64,000 nt of DNA, from NCBI GenBank assembly GCA_035362715.1, contig DAOSDU010000005.1, positions 19,338-83,337 on the forward strand, given 5' to 3'. The translations under genes and the position numbers were made by a program. Each line of letters begins with the position of its first letter. Position 1 is the stretch's first letter. Positions 7,284-17,389 of the stretch are shown here, piece by piece. Source of the stretch: Methanofastidiosum sp. Its GTDB lineage: Archaea; Methanobacteriota_B; Thermococci; Methanofastidiosales; Methanofastidiosaceae. The notes under the pieces are model-generated. The model searched no databases, had not been told where the DNA came from, and saw nothing but the letters and a program-made list of their open reading frames with translations.

Positions 7284-8443
7284 TTATCAATAAAAAAAAT
7301 TCTTTGGATGAAGATATTAAAGTCAAAATCGTTCCAGTTTTAGTTTTTTTATTATTCCTGCTTATTATTTTATCCCCGGTATTGCTATGGATTTCAGAAG
7401 AAAATAAAGAACTTAATGTCCTAGTCCTAGACAACACTGTTCCAGATACAAAATACAGAGAGCATAGGGGATTGTTCTGGATTTTAAATAATGAAAAATA
7501 TGTATTAGAAGGCAAAAACTACAATAAAAAAATAGATTACTACGGATTTTTCCCGTTGAAGGATAAAAAATATGAAATAAAAAAAGTTCCATTTAACCTA
7601 GAGAATATTGATGTTATATACCTTGCAGATAGTTACGGCGTATATGAGAAAGAGTTCTATGAAGAAAATATAGAAGGAAGTCGTTCAAAACTGATTTATG
7701 GTGGCATGTATAAAGATGATCTAGCTGCTATTCAAAGCTATCTAAAAGACGATGTCACACTCATAGCAGAGTTCAATATCTTTGGGAGCCCAACGCTAGA
7801 AGATACCAAATTAAAATTGTATGAAATATTAAAAGTTGAGTGGTCAGGGTGGATTGGCAGATATTTCTATGATCTTTCAGAAGGTGTTGAAGTTCCAGTA
7901 TGGGCGGTAAACAACTGGCAAGCTCAAAATAGGGCGGTATGGAAATTCTCTGGACCTGGTTTTATTTTTGCAGATGAAAATGACCATATTGTTGTTTTGG
8001 AACAAAAGAAAGATATTACCTCAAAAGGATGCGTTATGAGGTATACCGAAGAGGGCAAAAAATATTTTGGGATAAATGAGGACATTAGATACAATTACTG
8101 GTTTGATATAGTAAAGCCAAAGGATGGGGCAATTGTATATTCGTCTTTTTTGCTTGACCTCACAGATAGCGGAAGACAAAAACTTGAAGAAAAAGAAATA
8201 CCGCTGAGTTTTCCTGCCGTTATTTATTCAACTAATGAGGATTATACTTCATATTATTTTGCAGGCGATTTTATAGATATCGATACCGTTCCATACGTAC
8301 ACTGGATAAAAGGGTACGATCTTTTTAGTAAATGGACATCATCAAATCAAGATGAGTTTGAAAACAAAGGATTTTTCTGGCATGGCTATGTACCAATGTT
8401 AAAAAAAATACTGTTTGATGCCTATGAGAATACGGCCAACTAA
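7277..8443 (+). CDS. Hypothetical membrane-anchored protein, translationally coupled to the GT2 synthase
   Basis: The GTG start overlaps the GT2 stop (GTGGTAA). There is one N-terminal TM helix (IVPVLVFLLFLLIILSPVLLWI) followed by a roughly 340-aa soluble domain. I do not recognise any family. Confidence 0.6.
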   Translation: MVIINKKNSLDEDIKVKIVPVLVFLLFLLIILSPVLLWISEENKELNVLVLDNTVPDTKYREHRGLFWILNNEKYVLEGKNYNKKIDYYGFFPLKDKKYEIKKVPFNLENIDVIYLADSYGVYEKEFYEENIEGSRSKLIYGGMYKDDLAAIQSYLKDDVTLIAEFNIFGSPTLEDTKLKLYEILKVEWSGWIGRYFYDLSEGVEVPVWAVNNWQAQNRAVWKFSGPGFIFADENDHIVVLEQKKDITSKGCVMRYTEEGKKYFGINEDIRYNYWFDIVKPKDGAIVYSSFLLDLTDSGRQKLEEKEIPLSFPAVIYSTNEDYTSYYFAGDFIDIDTVPYVHWIKGYDLFSKWTSSNQDEFENKGFFWHGYVPMLKKILFDAYENTAN

Positions 8444-8534
8444 AATATTTATAATATTTTTACTTTGATTAATTTTATAAGAGGAACAGATACTACAACT
8501 ATATATCCTCAGTTTTAAAATCGGTGATAGAATT

Positions 8535-8729
8535 ATGAACGGAAATAACAGGAGTAATATTAAGCCGGGTGTGAAAGTATCTATTGTATTGAAACAAGAC
8601 CAGCGTTCTGGAAAACTAACTAGTGGAGTTGTCAAAGACATACTGACTAATTCTCAAACACACCCGCATGGGATTAAAGTTCGCCTTACAACTGGAGAAG
8701 TTGGGAGGGTGAAAGAAATATTTCAATAA
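8535..8729 (+). CDS. YwbE-family (DUF2196) small protein
   Basis: 64 aa. IKPGVKVSIVLKQDQRSGKLTSGVVKDILT.S..HPHGIKVRL..G.VGRV is the characteristic YwbE sequence. Confidence 0.85.
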   Translation: MNGNNRSNIKPGVKVSIVLKQDQRSGKLTSGVVKDILTNSQTHPHGIKVRLTTGEVGRVKEIFQ

Positions 8730-8766
8730 TAGATGTAACCTTCAATTAGAAAAATTATTAGTATAT

Positions 8767-9315
8767 CTACTCTTTCTTTACCTTTACCTTGTAGTGACTG
8801 GGTATACCATCTTTCTCACTTGTTAAACCTTTATCCAATACAATATAACGTTCAGATTCTCCATTTTCTAGATTTCTTTCAATAATATTCCCCTTATTTA
8901 CGGCTATATTAGTATCCGCTATGTATATTACATCTTTACCTATAGAACCATCCAAAAATAGAGTTTTATTTTCGTCTTTTTTTATTAACTTTATAGGTTC
9001 CCAGGGATTCTCATTGAATATTTCTCTTAACTTTTCCTGTTTTTTGTTTTCTAGTTCATCCTCTACAAGCTTAATTGCATAGGGGTAAAGACCTTGAATC
9101 CAAAAATCAAATACGCCATTGTAATTTGAGGGTAATGAAATAAATTTTAAGTAATGATTATCTCTTAAATACACATAAGAATTATTGATTCTCTCAGGTG
9201 ACCAGTCCTCAAACTCTTGAACAACATTCTTTGGGCTAATCCCATCTTTTTTTTCTTTAATTAATTCTTTATATAAAAAAAGAAGTAATTTATTGTAATC
9301 TTCCTTACTGGTCAT
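8767..9315 (-). CDS. Hypothetical protein
   Basis: 182-aa ORF with balanced composition. No motif recognised. Confidence 0.45.
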   Translation of the reverse strand: MTSKEDYNKLLLFLYKELIKEKKDGISPKNVVQEFEDWSPERINNSYVYLRDNHYLKFISLPSNYNGVFDFWIQGLYPYAIKLVEDELENKKQEKLREIFNENPWEPIKLIKKDENKTLFLDGSIGKDVIYIADTNIAVNKGNIIERNLENGESERYIVLDKGLTSEKDGIPSHYKVKVKKE

Positions 9316-9464
9316 GTCAACAATTTCTATTATATTTTGTCCTTAAATAGGTAACTATTAGGAAGACGAGGATAGAAGTAAGAAAAATTACAGATATATC
9401 ATATGGATAGGATTATATATGGAAAGATAAAAATAATAATGAGTAATAATAGGGGGAAATAAAA

Positions 9465-9890
9465 ATGAGACAAAAAATATTTTCATTTGAAATAGCATTA
9501 TTATTCTTAATCTTAGTTGTCGGTTGTACCAGTCAGAACGTGCCAAATTTTGAAGGAACATCATGGAAGATGGATAACTATTTGAGTAATATAGACCACC
9601 TTGTTAGCCCGGTGTCAAACACAAACTTAACACTTGAATCTAAAGATGGGCGAATCTCTGGATCTTCTGGTTGCAACAGCTTTTTTGCCAAGTATACAGT
9701 AGAAAAGAACTCTATGTCGTTTGGACTAATTGGCGCTACAAAGATGCACTGTTCTAATCCAGGTGTAATGGAACAGGAGCAAACATACTTTATGAGACTA
9801 GAATCAGTTAAAACTTATAAAATTGAAGGCGGCAAGTTAAAGTTGATTGATGGCAACGGTAAAACTGTACTGGTATTTTCAAAAAATTAA
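9465..9890 (+). CDS. META-domain (HslJ-like) lipoprotein
   Basis: The signal peptide ends in VVGC. EGTSWKM, ISGSSGCNSFFAKY and ATKMHC are META-domain hallmarks. Confidence 0.85.
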   Translation: MRQKIFSFEIALLFLILVVGCTSQNVPNFEGTSWKMDNYLSNIDHLVSPVSNTNLTLESKDGRISGSSGCNSFFAKYTVEKNSMSFGLIGATKMHCSNPGVMEQEQTYFMRLESVKTYKIEGGKLKLIDGNGKTVLVFSKN

Positions 9891-9931
9891 TTCGAGGAAA
9901 GAAAGTGAAATAAAAAATAAATTATTAGATT

Positions 9932-10990
9932 CTAGACTGTACATTTTGATGCAAAATGGAATCCCATATCAACTGTCTTAGTATCACAAACATTATCTAA
10001 AGTAGTTGACCATCCATTTTGTAATCCTAATGAGTCAGAAGTTTCAAAACCTGTATTTATTGAGGGGCTATTTCTAGAAAGGAAGTAATCTATTTTTTGC
10101 CCGTTAATCCAGTTCTTCCATGTATATGCCCCACTTAAAAATTTTGGATCTTTTGAAATACAGCCAGTTCCTTGGGTTACTCTCAAGAAATTGTTTTTAT
10201 TGCTCCAGCTATTTGTGTAAGTAACAGATGTTCCACTTGAACCTTCTATGCCAGATATCCCATTATCAGTTGCAATGCTGTTGGATATTGTTCCACGTCC
10301 TTTAAATTTAATTCCGCTTCCAAAATTGTTTGAGGATGTGCAATTAATTACTGAAGAGCGGTCATCGACTGATATGCCATCATTTGTTTTTGAACCTGCA
10401 GAAAGGCAATTTTTAACTGAGCTAAAAATACCTGCCCTTATGTTGTTCCCCGTATTGTTTAGTGAAATTATATTTTCGATTATTCCATTTCTATCGATTT
10501 TTATTCCGTCAAGCCCATTATTTTCGACATAACAGTATCTTATTGTAATGTTAAGATCTCCGTAAATACCGAATCCTTTATTATCTGTAATGATACAATT
10601 TGATATTTCTGAATCACTTGAAAGTGATATTGCGTCCTTAGAAGAATTTTTTATGGTAAGATTTTTTATTTGTATATTGTCTTTGGTAGTAGTTATACAA
10701 TTGCCGGTGTTACCAGATGCATCAATAATCGTCTTGAATGGATCATCACCGATTATTTTAACATTTTCAAAAGGGATTATAATAGTTTTCGTGACTAAAT
10801 ATGTGCCGGCATGGACACGTATAATATCCCCAGTTTTAGAATTTTGTATAGTATCTACTAAATTATTTCCGTTAGCTATAGCATCTTTTCCTGCATAAAC
10901 ATCTAATCGTGCTGCTGAAGCAGGAGTCATTGCAACAAAAGTTGTTGCAACTAAAATGCCCAGTATTAATATACTAATTGCTTTTTTCAT
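9932..10990 (-). CDS. Secreted right-handed parallel beta-helix (PbH1/NosD-like) repeat protein
   Basis: There is a signal peptide. Repeated N-x-I-x-x-N-x-G-x-GI units of about 22 aa are typical of pectate-lyase-fold beta-helices. Confidence 0.75.
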   Translation of the reverse strand: MKKAISILILGILVATTFVAMTPASAARLDVYAGKDAIANGNNLVDTIQNSKTGDIIRVHAGTYLVTKTIIIPFENVKIIGDDPFKTIIDASGNTGNCITTTKDNIQIKNLTIKNSSKDAISLSSDSEISNCIITDNKGFGIYGDLNITIRYCYVENNGLDGIKIDRNGIIENIISLNNTGNNIRAGIFSSVKNCLSAGSKTNDGISVDDRSSVINCTSSNNFGSGIKFKGRGTISNSIATDNGISGIEGSSGTSVTYTNSWSNKNNFLRVTQGTGCISKDPKFLSGAYTWKNWINGQKIDYFLSRNSPSINTGFETSDSLGLQNGWSTTLDNVCDTKTVDMGFHFASKCTV

Positions 10991-11212
10991 AAAATCACCG
11001 TTTTAGGCATCTTGACTCTATACGCCCCAATATAAGGATATTTGAATTAAGAAATACAATTACTATTTCACTATATTATAAAGTATAGTATTTTCATTTC
11101 CAATACTTTATCAACTAAACAAATAATAAGAAAATATATTATTGACGATAAGACAATCGGCTATTGATAACAGGAAATTAGTTATTAAAATATAGAAAAT
11201 TATTTCAGATGC

Positions 11213-11431
11213 CTATTTATTTAACTGGATAATGTAAATTATAATGACAAATAGGGTCACCAATATAATAAATTGGATGTTCTGAAATTTATTATGCTCA
11301 GGTGTGGCTTCCTCAATAACTTTTGAGGGCAATAATCTAGGCAACTTAATGTAAAAATCTTTAGAATTATCCGATTTAGTGTTGGGTTTAGGAAGTTTTT
11401 TTTCTATTTCATTAGTTGGTAGTAACGGCAT
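11213..11431 (-). CDS. Hypothetical small membrane protein
   Basis: 72-aa ORF with one C-terminal hydrophobic helix. ORF evidence only. Confidence 0.25.
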   Translation of the reverse strand: MPLLPTNEIEKKLPKPNTKSDNSKDFYIKLPRLLPSKVIEEATPEHNKFQNIQFIILVTLFVIIIYIIQLNK

Positions 11432-11568
11432 CTTTATCCCTAATTAGGATTTACTTGAGTGTTTTTAATTCTTTGTATATGACTTATTTTTTTAATGAAA
11501 GAATCTAGAGTTACGCTATAAATATAGTAAAAAAATTAATTTTTAAAAAAAGATAAAATTAAATTATA

Positions 11569-12951
11569 TTATGGAACAACAAAGTCTATTGTGATTGTAT
11601 CGAATACTCCATTTGGAGAGTATGCTATCATTGTCACTTTGTACGTGCCCGATGGAACGTTTGGACCTACTGTAAAGATGGCAGAATATGTACCTATATT
11701 GTGGGCAGTTATCTTCTGGGCATCTGGTTGGACTGATACCGTAACACCTGCTGGCAGACCTTCAAATCTGACCCTTGAATCGTTCTGTGTGAAGAATCCT
11801 CTGTTTTCTACCTGCACCATAGCTTGCTGGATTCCAGGAGATATTGTCAGTGACGATAGTATTTTACCGTCTTTAATGACTGTTGGGCCTCCTGCAATTG
11901 AAAGTGTTTCAATGTCAACTTTTGGGTAGAGAATTGAAGAGGGCAAAGATGGCTTTTGTTTGCAATCGTAGCAGCATTTTTGCTCTGCATAGAAGGTAAT
12001 CATTCCTGTACCGCTGATAGTAATTGTTCTTGGAACGCCTTGATTTACAAAAACTATTCCAGGTACTGCACTAAAGGGCTTCTGACCAATATACCAGACT
12101 ACCATATGTTGGCATTGTGGCCCTACGCATTCAGCAAATTGATAAGGCACGCCATTAATTAATATTTCTCCGTCAATTGAATCAATTCCCAAAATCACAA
12201 TCTCGTTCATATTACAACTGTAGTTTGGGGGCAAGTCGTATCCACTACATGGTGTTGAACATTCAAGAGTTGTTGTAGATCCACATTGTCTCATATCATA
12301 GCAACAAGTTGGATGTACGCCATTACCATTTCCATTACGGTTTCCAAGAAGATATCCACAAGGTGGTGGATCTTTGAAGAATGTACGAGGATTTGTACAT
12401 GATGGAACATTTATTGTAATTGGTTGATCTACTAAGAAAAATGGTTGTGAAGTTGGCTCCCCATATAAATAGCAATAGGAGCTTTCACAGCATTCTTGAT
12501 ATGACTTTTCATCGTTTGGGTATAGTTCTTCACATACGTCTGGACACAAGTGATTTTGAATTAAATTATTAACACATAGTAGATCTTTTGCATAGCAGCC
12601 TTTTACATTGTCATTATATACCTCCATCCAGTAAGGGTGGAACCACTGTTGCTGACAATACTGAAATGACTCAACTTCACAGCAATTATCTAAGCAAGCT
12701 TGGCATTCCGAAGATATTACGTCTACAGGACATCCATATGTAGGAAAATCTTGACCGCACGACCGTTCACAGTAATCATGACACCAGCAGGTTCCTGGAA
12801 CATTTCTACATGCGCATTGATCATGAGTGCATTGCTGGCACATTGAAGGAGGATAGTTATTACACACATATTCTGAACCCCCTGATATCACAATAGAAAC
12901 ACTAGCTATTCCCATGATTAGGGTCAAAAATATAGCGAATAATTTTTTCAT
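11569..12951 (-). CDS. Secreted, extremely Cys-rich protein with C-terminal Ig-like (CARDB/NEW3-like) domain
   Basis: There is a signal peptide. I count about 35 Cys in the first 340 residues or so. The C-terminal roughly 110 aa (VQVENRGFF...LPAGVTVSV...GTYKVTM) resembles CARDB/NEW3 domains. Confidence 0.7.
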   Translation of the reverse strand: MKKLFAIFLTLIMGIASVSIVISGGSEYVCNNYPPSMCQQCTHDQCACRNVPGTCWCHDYCERSCGQDFPTYGCPVDVISSECQACLDNCCEVESFQYCQQQWFHPYWMEVYNDNVKGCYAKDLLCVNNLIQNHLCPDVCEELYPNDEKSYQECCESSYCYLYGEPTSQPFFLVDQPITINVPSCTNPRTFFKDPPPCGYLLGNRNGNGNGVHPTCCYDMRQCGSTTTLECSTPCSGYDLPPNYSCNMNEIVILGIDSIDGEILINGVPYQFAECVGPQCQHMVVWYIGQKPFSAVPGIVFVNQGVPRTITISGTGMITFYAEQKCCYDCKQKPSLPSSILYPKVDIETLSIAGGPTVIKDGKILSSLTISPGIQQAMVQVENRGFFTQNDSRVRFEGLPAGVTVSVQPDAQKITAHNIGTYSAIFTVGPNVPSGTYKVTMIAYSPNGVFDTITIDFVVP

Positions 12952-13081
12952 ATTTAATCACTATCCGGATAGCGACTACTATTGTAGTCGCATTAAATTT
13001 GATTCTAAACTATTTATCTTTTTTGGTTAAACTGCCATGATATTGACAAACTTTAATAATTGATATATCATATACTAAACT

Positions 13082-14542
13082 GTGGCATCAAAAAAACACG
13101 CATGTGAATGTAAAAATACGTCCCAAGACATACTTAAAAAATCGTTAATTGCTGGATTCCTTACATTTTTGTGGCTTTTAGTAAGGTCTGGCACTAGGCC
13201 TTCAAGAATTGTATATCCCTGCCAAAGGGCTGCGGCAACCTACACTTTTTATTCTATCGGATCTTTAATCTTCCCTATTTTTGGGCTTAAATTAAATATT
13301 GAAGATTTATTTAAATCAAAAAAGAAGATTCTTAGTTTAGTGGCAGTTATTGTTATAGTATTACTTATATGGAATTTAAATAACTTAAATAATAAACCTG
13401 GAGAAATTAACTTGATAGAAGATGATCTAGGAATTAAAAATAATATAGTTCCAAATCCAACTTCAAAGATTTTTGTTATTCAAAATACTGTTGGAGAGTA
13501 TAGCGGAACAAAAAAATTAATAGAGCTTATGGAAAAAAATAATCAGCCTTTCTATAAAACAAATAATAACAATGGTCTTATTTCATCTGATGACGTCATA
13601 CTTATCAAAGTTAACTCCCAATGGAATGAACGCGGCGGAACTAATACTGATTTAGTAAAATCACTGATACAGATAATAACTGAACACCCCGATGGATTTA
13701 GTGGCGAAATAATCATCTGTGACAATGGGCAAGCACAGTTTGGATCAGAGGGGAGCGGAGGATCATTAAACTGGCGATACAATAATGCCGAAGATACTTC
13801 CCAATCAATGCAGAAAGTCGTGAATCAGTTTACTAGCAAATACAAAGTTTCAACTTTTTTATGGGATAATATAACTAATAATGAAGTTAAAGAATATCTA
13901 GAAGGGGACTATAAAGATGGATATATCGTATACAAAGAATCAGACCCATATACAGGCGTAATAGTTTCATATCCAAAGTTCAAAACTAAATACGGAACTT
14001 ATATTAGTTTCAAGTACGGAGTTTGGAATCAAACTAAGAATGAGTATGATTCAAATAAACTTAAGGTAATTAATGTCCCAGTCTTAAAATCCCACGGAAC
14101 TTATGGGGTAACAGCTAGTGTTAAGCACTACATGGGGGTTGTTTCTGATAAATTGACAAATCATAATGCCCATAATAGTGTTGGTAGCGGGGGTATGGGA
14201 ACACAGATGGCCGAAACACGAGTGCCTACTCTAAATATTATTGATGCAATTTGGATTAATGCAATACCCAAAGGAGGGCCTATTACATCTTATAACAAAG
14301 CATATCAGTCAAAAATAATTGCAGTAAGTACCGACCCAATTGCCCTTGATTACTGGTCTGCTAAAAATATACTTATGCCTGCATCTAAGAAAATTGGATA
14401 TACAAATGTCATATCCCTAGACCCTGATTATCAAGAAGTTAGATCTTTCGGCTCGTGGCTTTTACGCTCAAAGGAAGCGCTTAACAGAGCAGGTTACAAC
14501 TACACAACGGATATTAAAAAAATCAGTGTTTATGTAGATTAA
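13082..14542 (+). CDS. Membrane-anchored DUF362-domain protein
   Basis: N-terminal TM segments are followed by ILIKVNSQWNERGGTNTDL, IIICDNGQ, VLKSHGTYGVT, IIDAIWINA and STDPIALDYW, which match the DUF362 pattern. Confidence 0.75.
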   Translation: MASKKHACECKNTSQDILKKSLIAGFLTFLWLLVRSGTRPSRIVYPCQRAAATYTFYSIGSLIFPIFGLKLNIEDLFKSKKKILSLVAVIVIVLLIWNLNNLNNKPGEINLIEDDLGIKNNIVPNPTSKIFVIQNTVGEYSGTKKLIELMEKNNQPFYKTNNNNGLISSDDVILIKVNSQWNERGGTNTDLVKSLIQIITEHPDGFSGEIIICDNGQAQFGSEGSGGSLNWRYNNAEDTSQSMQKVVNQFTSKYKVSTFLWDNITNNEVKEYLEGDYKDGYIVYKESDPYTGVIVSYPKFKTKYGTYISFKYGVWNQTKNEYDSNKLKVINVPVLKSHGTYGVTASVKHYMGVVSDKLTNHNAHNSVGSGGMGTQMAETRVPTLNIIDAIWINAIPKGGPITSYNKAYQSKIIAVSTDPIALDYWSAKNILMPASKKIGYTNVISLDPDYQEVRSFGSWLLRSKEALNRAGYNYTTDIKKISVYVD

Positions 14543-14552
14543 TCTCAATAGA

Positions 14553-14912
14553 TTATTTAGGTTCCCAAAGTCCAAATACATTGTTTTCAGTATCTAAACA
14601 TATAGCAAGATACCCGTATCCCGGTATTTTTGTTTTTGGCATTATAATTTTTCCGCCAAAGTTTTCTATTTTTTTAGAATAAGTATCTATAGAGGATACG
14701 CCAAAATAGTTTGTAATTCTTTGGCTTGGATCTCCTCTCTTCCCCATGCCCCCACCTATGCCTTCTTTTCCATTTTCATCGACAGTCGAAATGCCATAGT
14801 ACTCAATTTCTCCGGGCATTCTTTCAATTTTCCATCCAAAAATCTCTTTATAGAACTTTTTAGCCCTGTCAATATCATCGACAGGTAGATCAAAATGCAC
14901 TATTGTTGGCAT
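14553..14912 (-). CDS. VOC-family (glyoxalase/bleomycin-resistance fold) protein
   Basis: From ATG 14912 the product is MPTIVHFDLPVDDIDRAKKFYKEIFGW...GYLAICLDTENNVFGLWE, a typical single-domain VOC protein. The 42 extra upstream codons in the track ORF are low-complexity and overlap the aglB start. Confidence 0.8.
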   Translation of the reverse strand: MPTIVHFDLPVDDIDRAKKFYKEIFGWKIERMPGEIEYYGISTVDENGKEGIGGGMGKRGDPSQRITNYFGVSSIDTYSKKIENFGGKIIMPKTKIPGYGYLAICLDTENNVFGLWEPK

Positions 14913-14994
14913 GCGTATTATTGAACTTAAAAGTATATAAATGTTTTTTAAAATTTTTAGATAAATATATAAAATAAATCTTTTACTTGTTATC

Positions 14995-17103
14995 ATGGCG
15001 AAAAAGAAATCCTCAAAAAATAAAGCAATCGAAAACAAGATTAAATTACCTTACGAGAATTATATTATAGGATTATTCTTGACTTTTTCTCTTGTTATTG
15101 GCGCATACCTTAGGAGTTGGTCATTACGATTCGGCATAATGATGAGTTATGATACATACTACTTCCTAAGGGAGGCTTCTTACTATTTAATGGGTGGTTT
15201 GCCTAAAATAGACCCGATGACACCAACTGTAGTTAGATATTTTTTGGAAGAAGATGTCCAAGGAGTTCCAATTTTGACATCCTTTATTTCAAGAATTACG
15301 GGGATTGACCTTTTACAGGTCCACATGGGATTACCAATTGTTTTAGGCCTCATATGCTCAGTGATTACATTTTTCATAGTTCTTTTTGTGTGGAAGAATA
15401 AGTATCTCGCTGTGATATCGGCATTCTTTTTATCCATTATGCCTGCTTTTATTTACAGGACAACGGGAGGATTTATGGAAAAGGACACTTTGGGTGCCCC
15501 TTTCTTCTTGGTATGTCTCTTACTTGCAGTATTGATTATCCGAGAAAAAAATACCAAATTCATGGCTATTTACGGAGTTCTATCTGTTCTCTCAATATAT
15601 CTTTATGCGAACTCATATGGGAACTTTTTCTTCATACCCATAATAATAGGGATGTACGTGATTCTACAGCCACTTGTAGCTATTGAAGAAAAAAAGAAAG
15701 CTTTGTCTTTAAAAGACAGATTGATGGGAGATTTATCAACATGGATATTACTCCTATCGGGGATTATAGGTCTAGTATTGTCTCTTGTTCTATTACCCCC
15801 CTACCAAAATGACCCCCTCAGGATAGAACTTTCTCTCATGGGTCTTGCTTTCGGAGCACTGATGCATTTGACAAGAGCTTTTGTTAAAAACAAAACATAT
15901 TACCTCGGAGCCTTGTTTGCATGGTCCGCTCTTTTATTGGCGGCGGCGTATTTTGTCCTTGGATACAACATATTATCTTTCTTACTACTTTCTGACGTAC
16001 ATGGGATATCTGGCCAGGGGCAGGCTATGACATTTATAGACGTTATTGACAAGTTCTATGTATTCCCAATACTGGCCGTGATCGGAGTTATATATGTTAT
16101 TTATCAAATCAAAAATAAAACGTCGCCAAATGAAAATCTTTTCTTTTTAGGATCATTTTTATTTACTGCTTTTATGGCTTATCAGATGCTAAGAAATGCC
16201 TTTTTCTTCGCAATTCCTCTGGCAATATTTGCGGCTTTGGGGATAATTGGAATATATGAATTTTCCCAAAAATACCTTGACCCCAAGAAAGCTTTGGCTT
16301 TGGCTACGATAGTACTTATCGCATTTAGTGGTATTTCTGTTTACAACTCAAATGACTATAAGACTAGTCTAGTTCCGCATCTTACAGATAACTGGCTTAC
16401 AGCTTTGCTCTGGCTAGATGGTAATACACCTCAAGATGAAGTTGTTTGTAATTGGTGGGACTATGGATACTGGATACAAACAGTAGGGAATAGACGAACT
16501 ATATCTGATGGAATGAGAACAGGAATGGGCCCTTGGATAAGTGGCTATTCAGAATTACTTGCTTCGTCAGATTCAACTGCAATGCAAAGATTACTTTCAA
16601 TGGAAGAAGCTGCATACGCACAAACAGGCAATAGATTTACAATGAAACATGTGATAGTAGACCAAAGTCTTCTTATCAAGACAGGAGTCTTAAATTCCGT
16701 AATACAGAGAGATGTCTTCAGCACTGCTTACTTCTATTTCAGAGGAACCTCAAAAAACGGTGCCACTACTACATATGTGTATGAGAGTGGCGATACTAGA
16801 TTGTATCTTGTAACAGATGACAAAGTAACTTATTGCTATATAGAGCAGGCAAATCAAAGATATGGGGTGTCCAACTTCGTAGTTGAAAATCCACAAGGAA
16901 AGAATTTTGTTTATGAGAATATACAATATGATCTTCAATCGATTGCCCAGATAATTTACCTAACCCCACAGAATGCGATAATGATTCCTCCAACGTTAAA
17001 GGACACTTTATTTGCTAGGCTTATTATATACGAAACTGATCTTAAGAACTTTGAACTTGAATACGACAATGGTTATGTAAAGATCTATAAGGTATTAAGA
17101 TAA
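14995..17103 (+). CDS. aglB: Archaeal oligosaccharyltransferase AglB (STT3 family)
   Basis: 702 aa. A multi-TM N-terminal half is followed by the NWWDYGYWIQ (WWDYG) catalytic motif and a soluble C-terminal domain. Confidence 0.9.
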   Translation: MAKKKSSKNKAIENKIKLPYENYIIGLFLTFSLVIGAYLRSWSLRFGIMMSYDTYYFLREASYYLMGGLPKIDPMTPTVVRYFLEEDVQGVPILTSFISRITGIDLLQVHMGLPIVLGLICSVITFFIVLFVWKNKYLAVISAFFLSIMPAFIYRTTGGFMEKDTLGAPFFLVCLLLAVLIIREKNTKFMAIYGVLSVLSIYLYANSYGNFFFIPIIIGMYVILQPLVAIEEKKKALSLKDRLMGDLSTWILLLSGIIGLVLSLVLLPPYQNDPLRIELSLMGLAFGALMHLTRAFVKNKTYYLGALFAWSALLLAAAYFVLGYNILSFLLLSDVHGISGQGQAMTFIDVIDKFYVFPILAVIGVIYVIYQIKNKTSPNENLFFLGSFLFTAFMAYQMLRNAFFFAIPLAIFAALGIIGIYEFSQKYLDPKKALALATIVLIAFSGISVYNSNDYKTSLVPHLTDNWLTALLWLDGNTPQDEVVCNWWDYGYWIQTVGNRRTISDGMRTGMGPWISGYSELLASSDSTAMQRLLSMEEAAYAQTGNRFTMKHVIVDQSLLIKTGVLNSVIQRDVFSTAYFYFRGTSKNGATTTYVYESGDTRLYLVTDDKVTYCYIEQANQRYGVSNFVVENPQGKNFVYENIQYDLQSIAQIIYLTPQNAIMIPPTLKDTLFARLIIYETDLKNFELEYDNGYVKIYKVLR

Positions 17104-17121
17104 TCATTAAAGGGGAAAGAT

Positions 17122-17325
17122 ATGCAAAATCAAGACAGATCGTTATTGAAGGATCCTAAGTCAATAGCTGCAATAGTATTCATTATTCTAAATCTAATTT
17201 ACATTATAAGCCCTATTGATTTTATACCCGATTTTATTCCAGTTATAGGTTGGATTGATGACATTATTGCATTATTGATAGCTATTAGCATTGGGGTAAA
17301 ATATTTTGTAAAAAAGAGGTCCTGA
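17122..17325 (+). CDS. YkvA/DUF1232-family membrane protein
   Basis: The PIDFIPDFIPVIGWIDD motif is diagnostic for DUF1232. Confidence 0.8.
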   Translation: MQNQDRSLLKDPKSIAAIVFIILNLIYIISPIDFIPDFIPVIGWIDDIIALLIAISIGVKYFVKKRS

Positions 17326-17389
17326 AAAATCAGGTAGAAGAATTAATCTAATCTCCAAAATTATAGATATTTTTGTTTAGAAAAGGATA

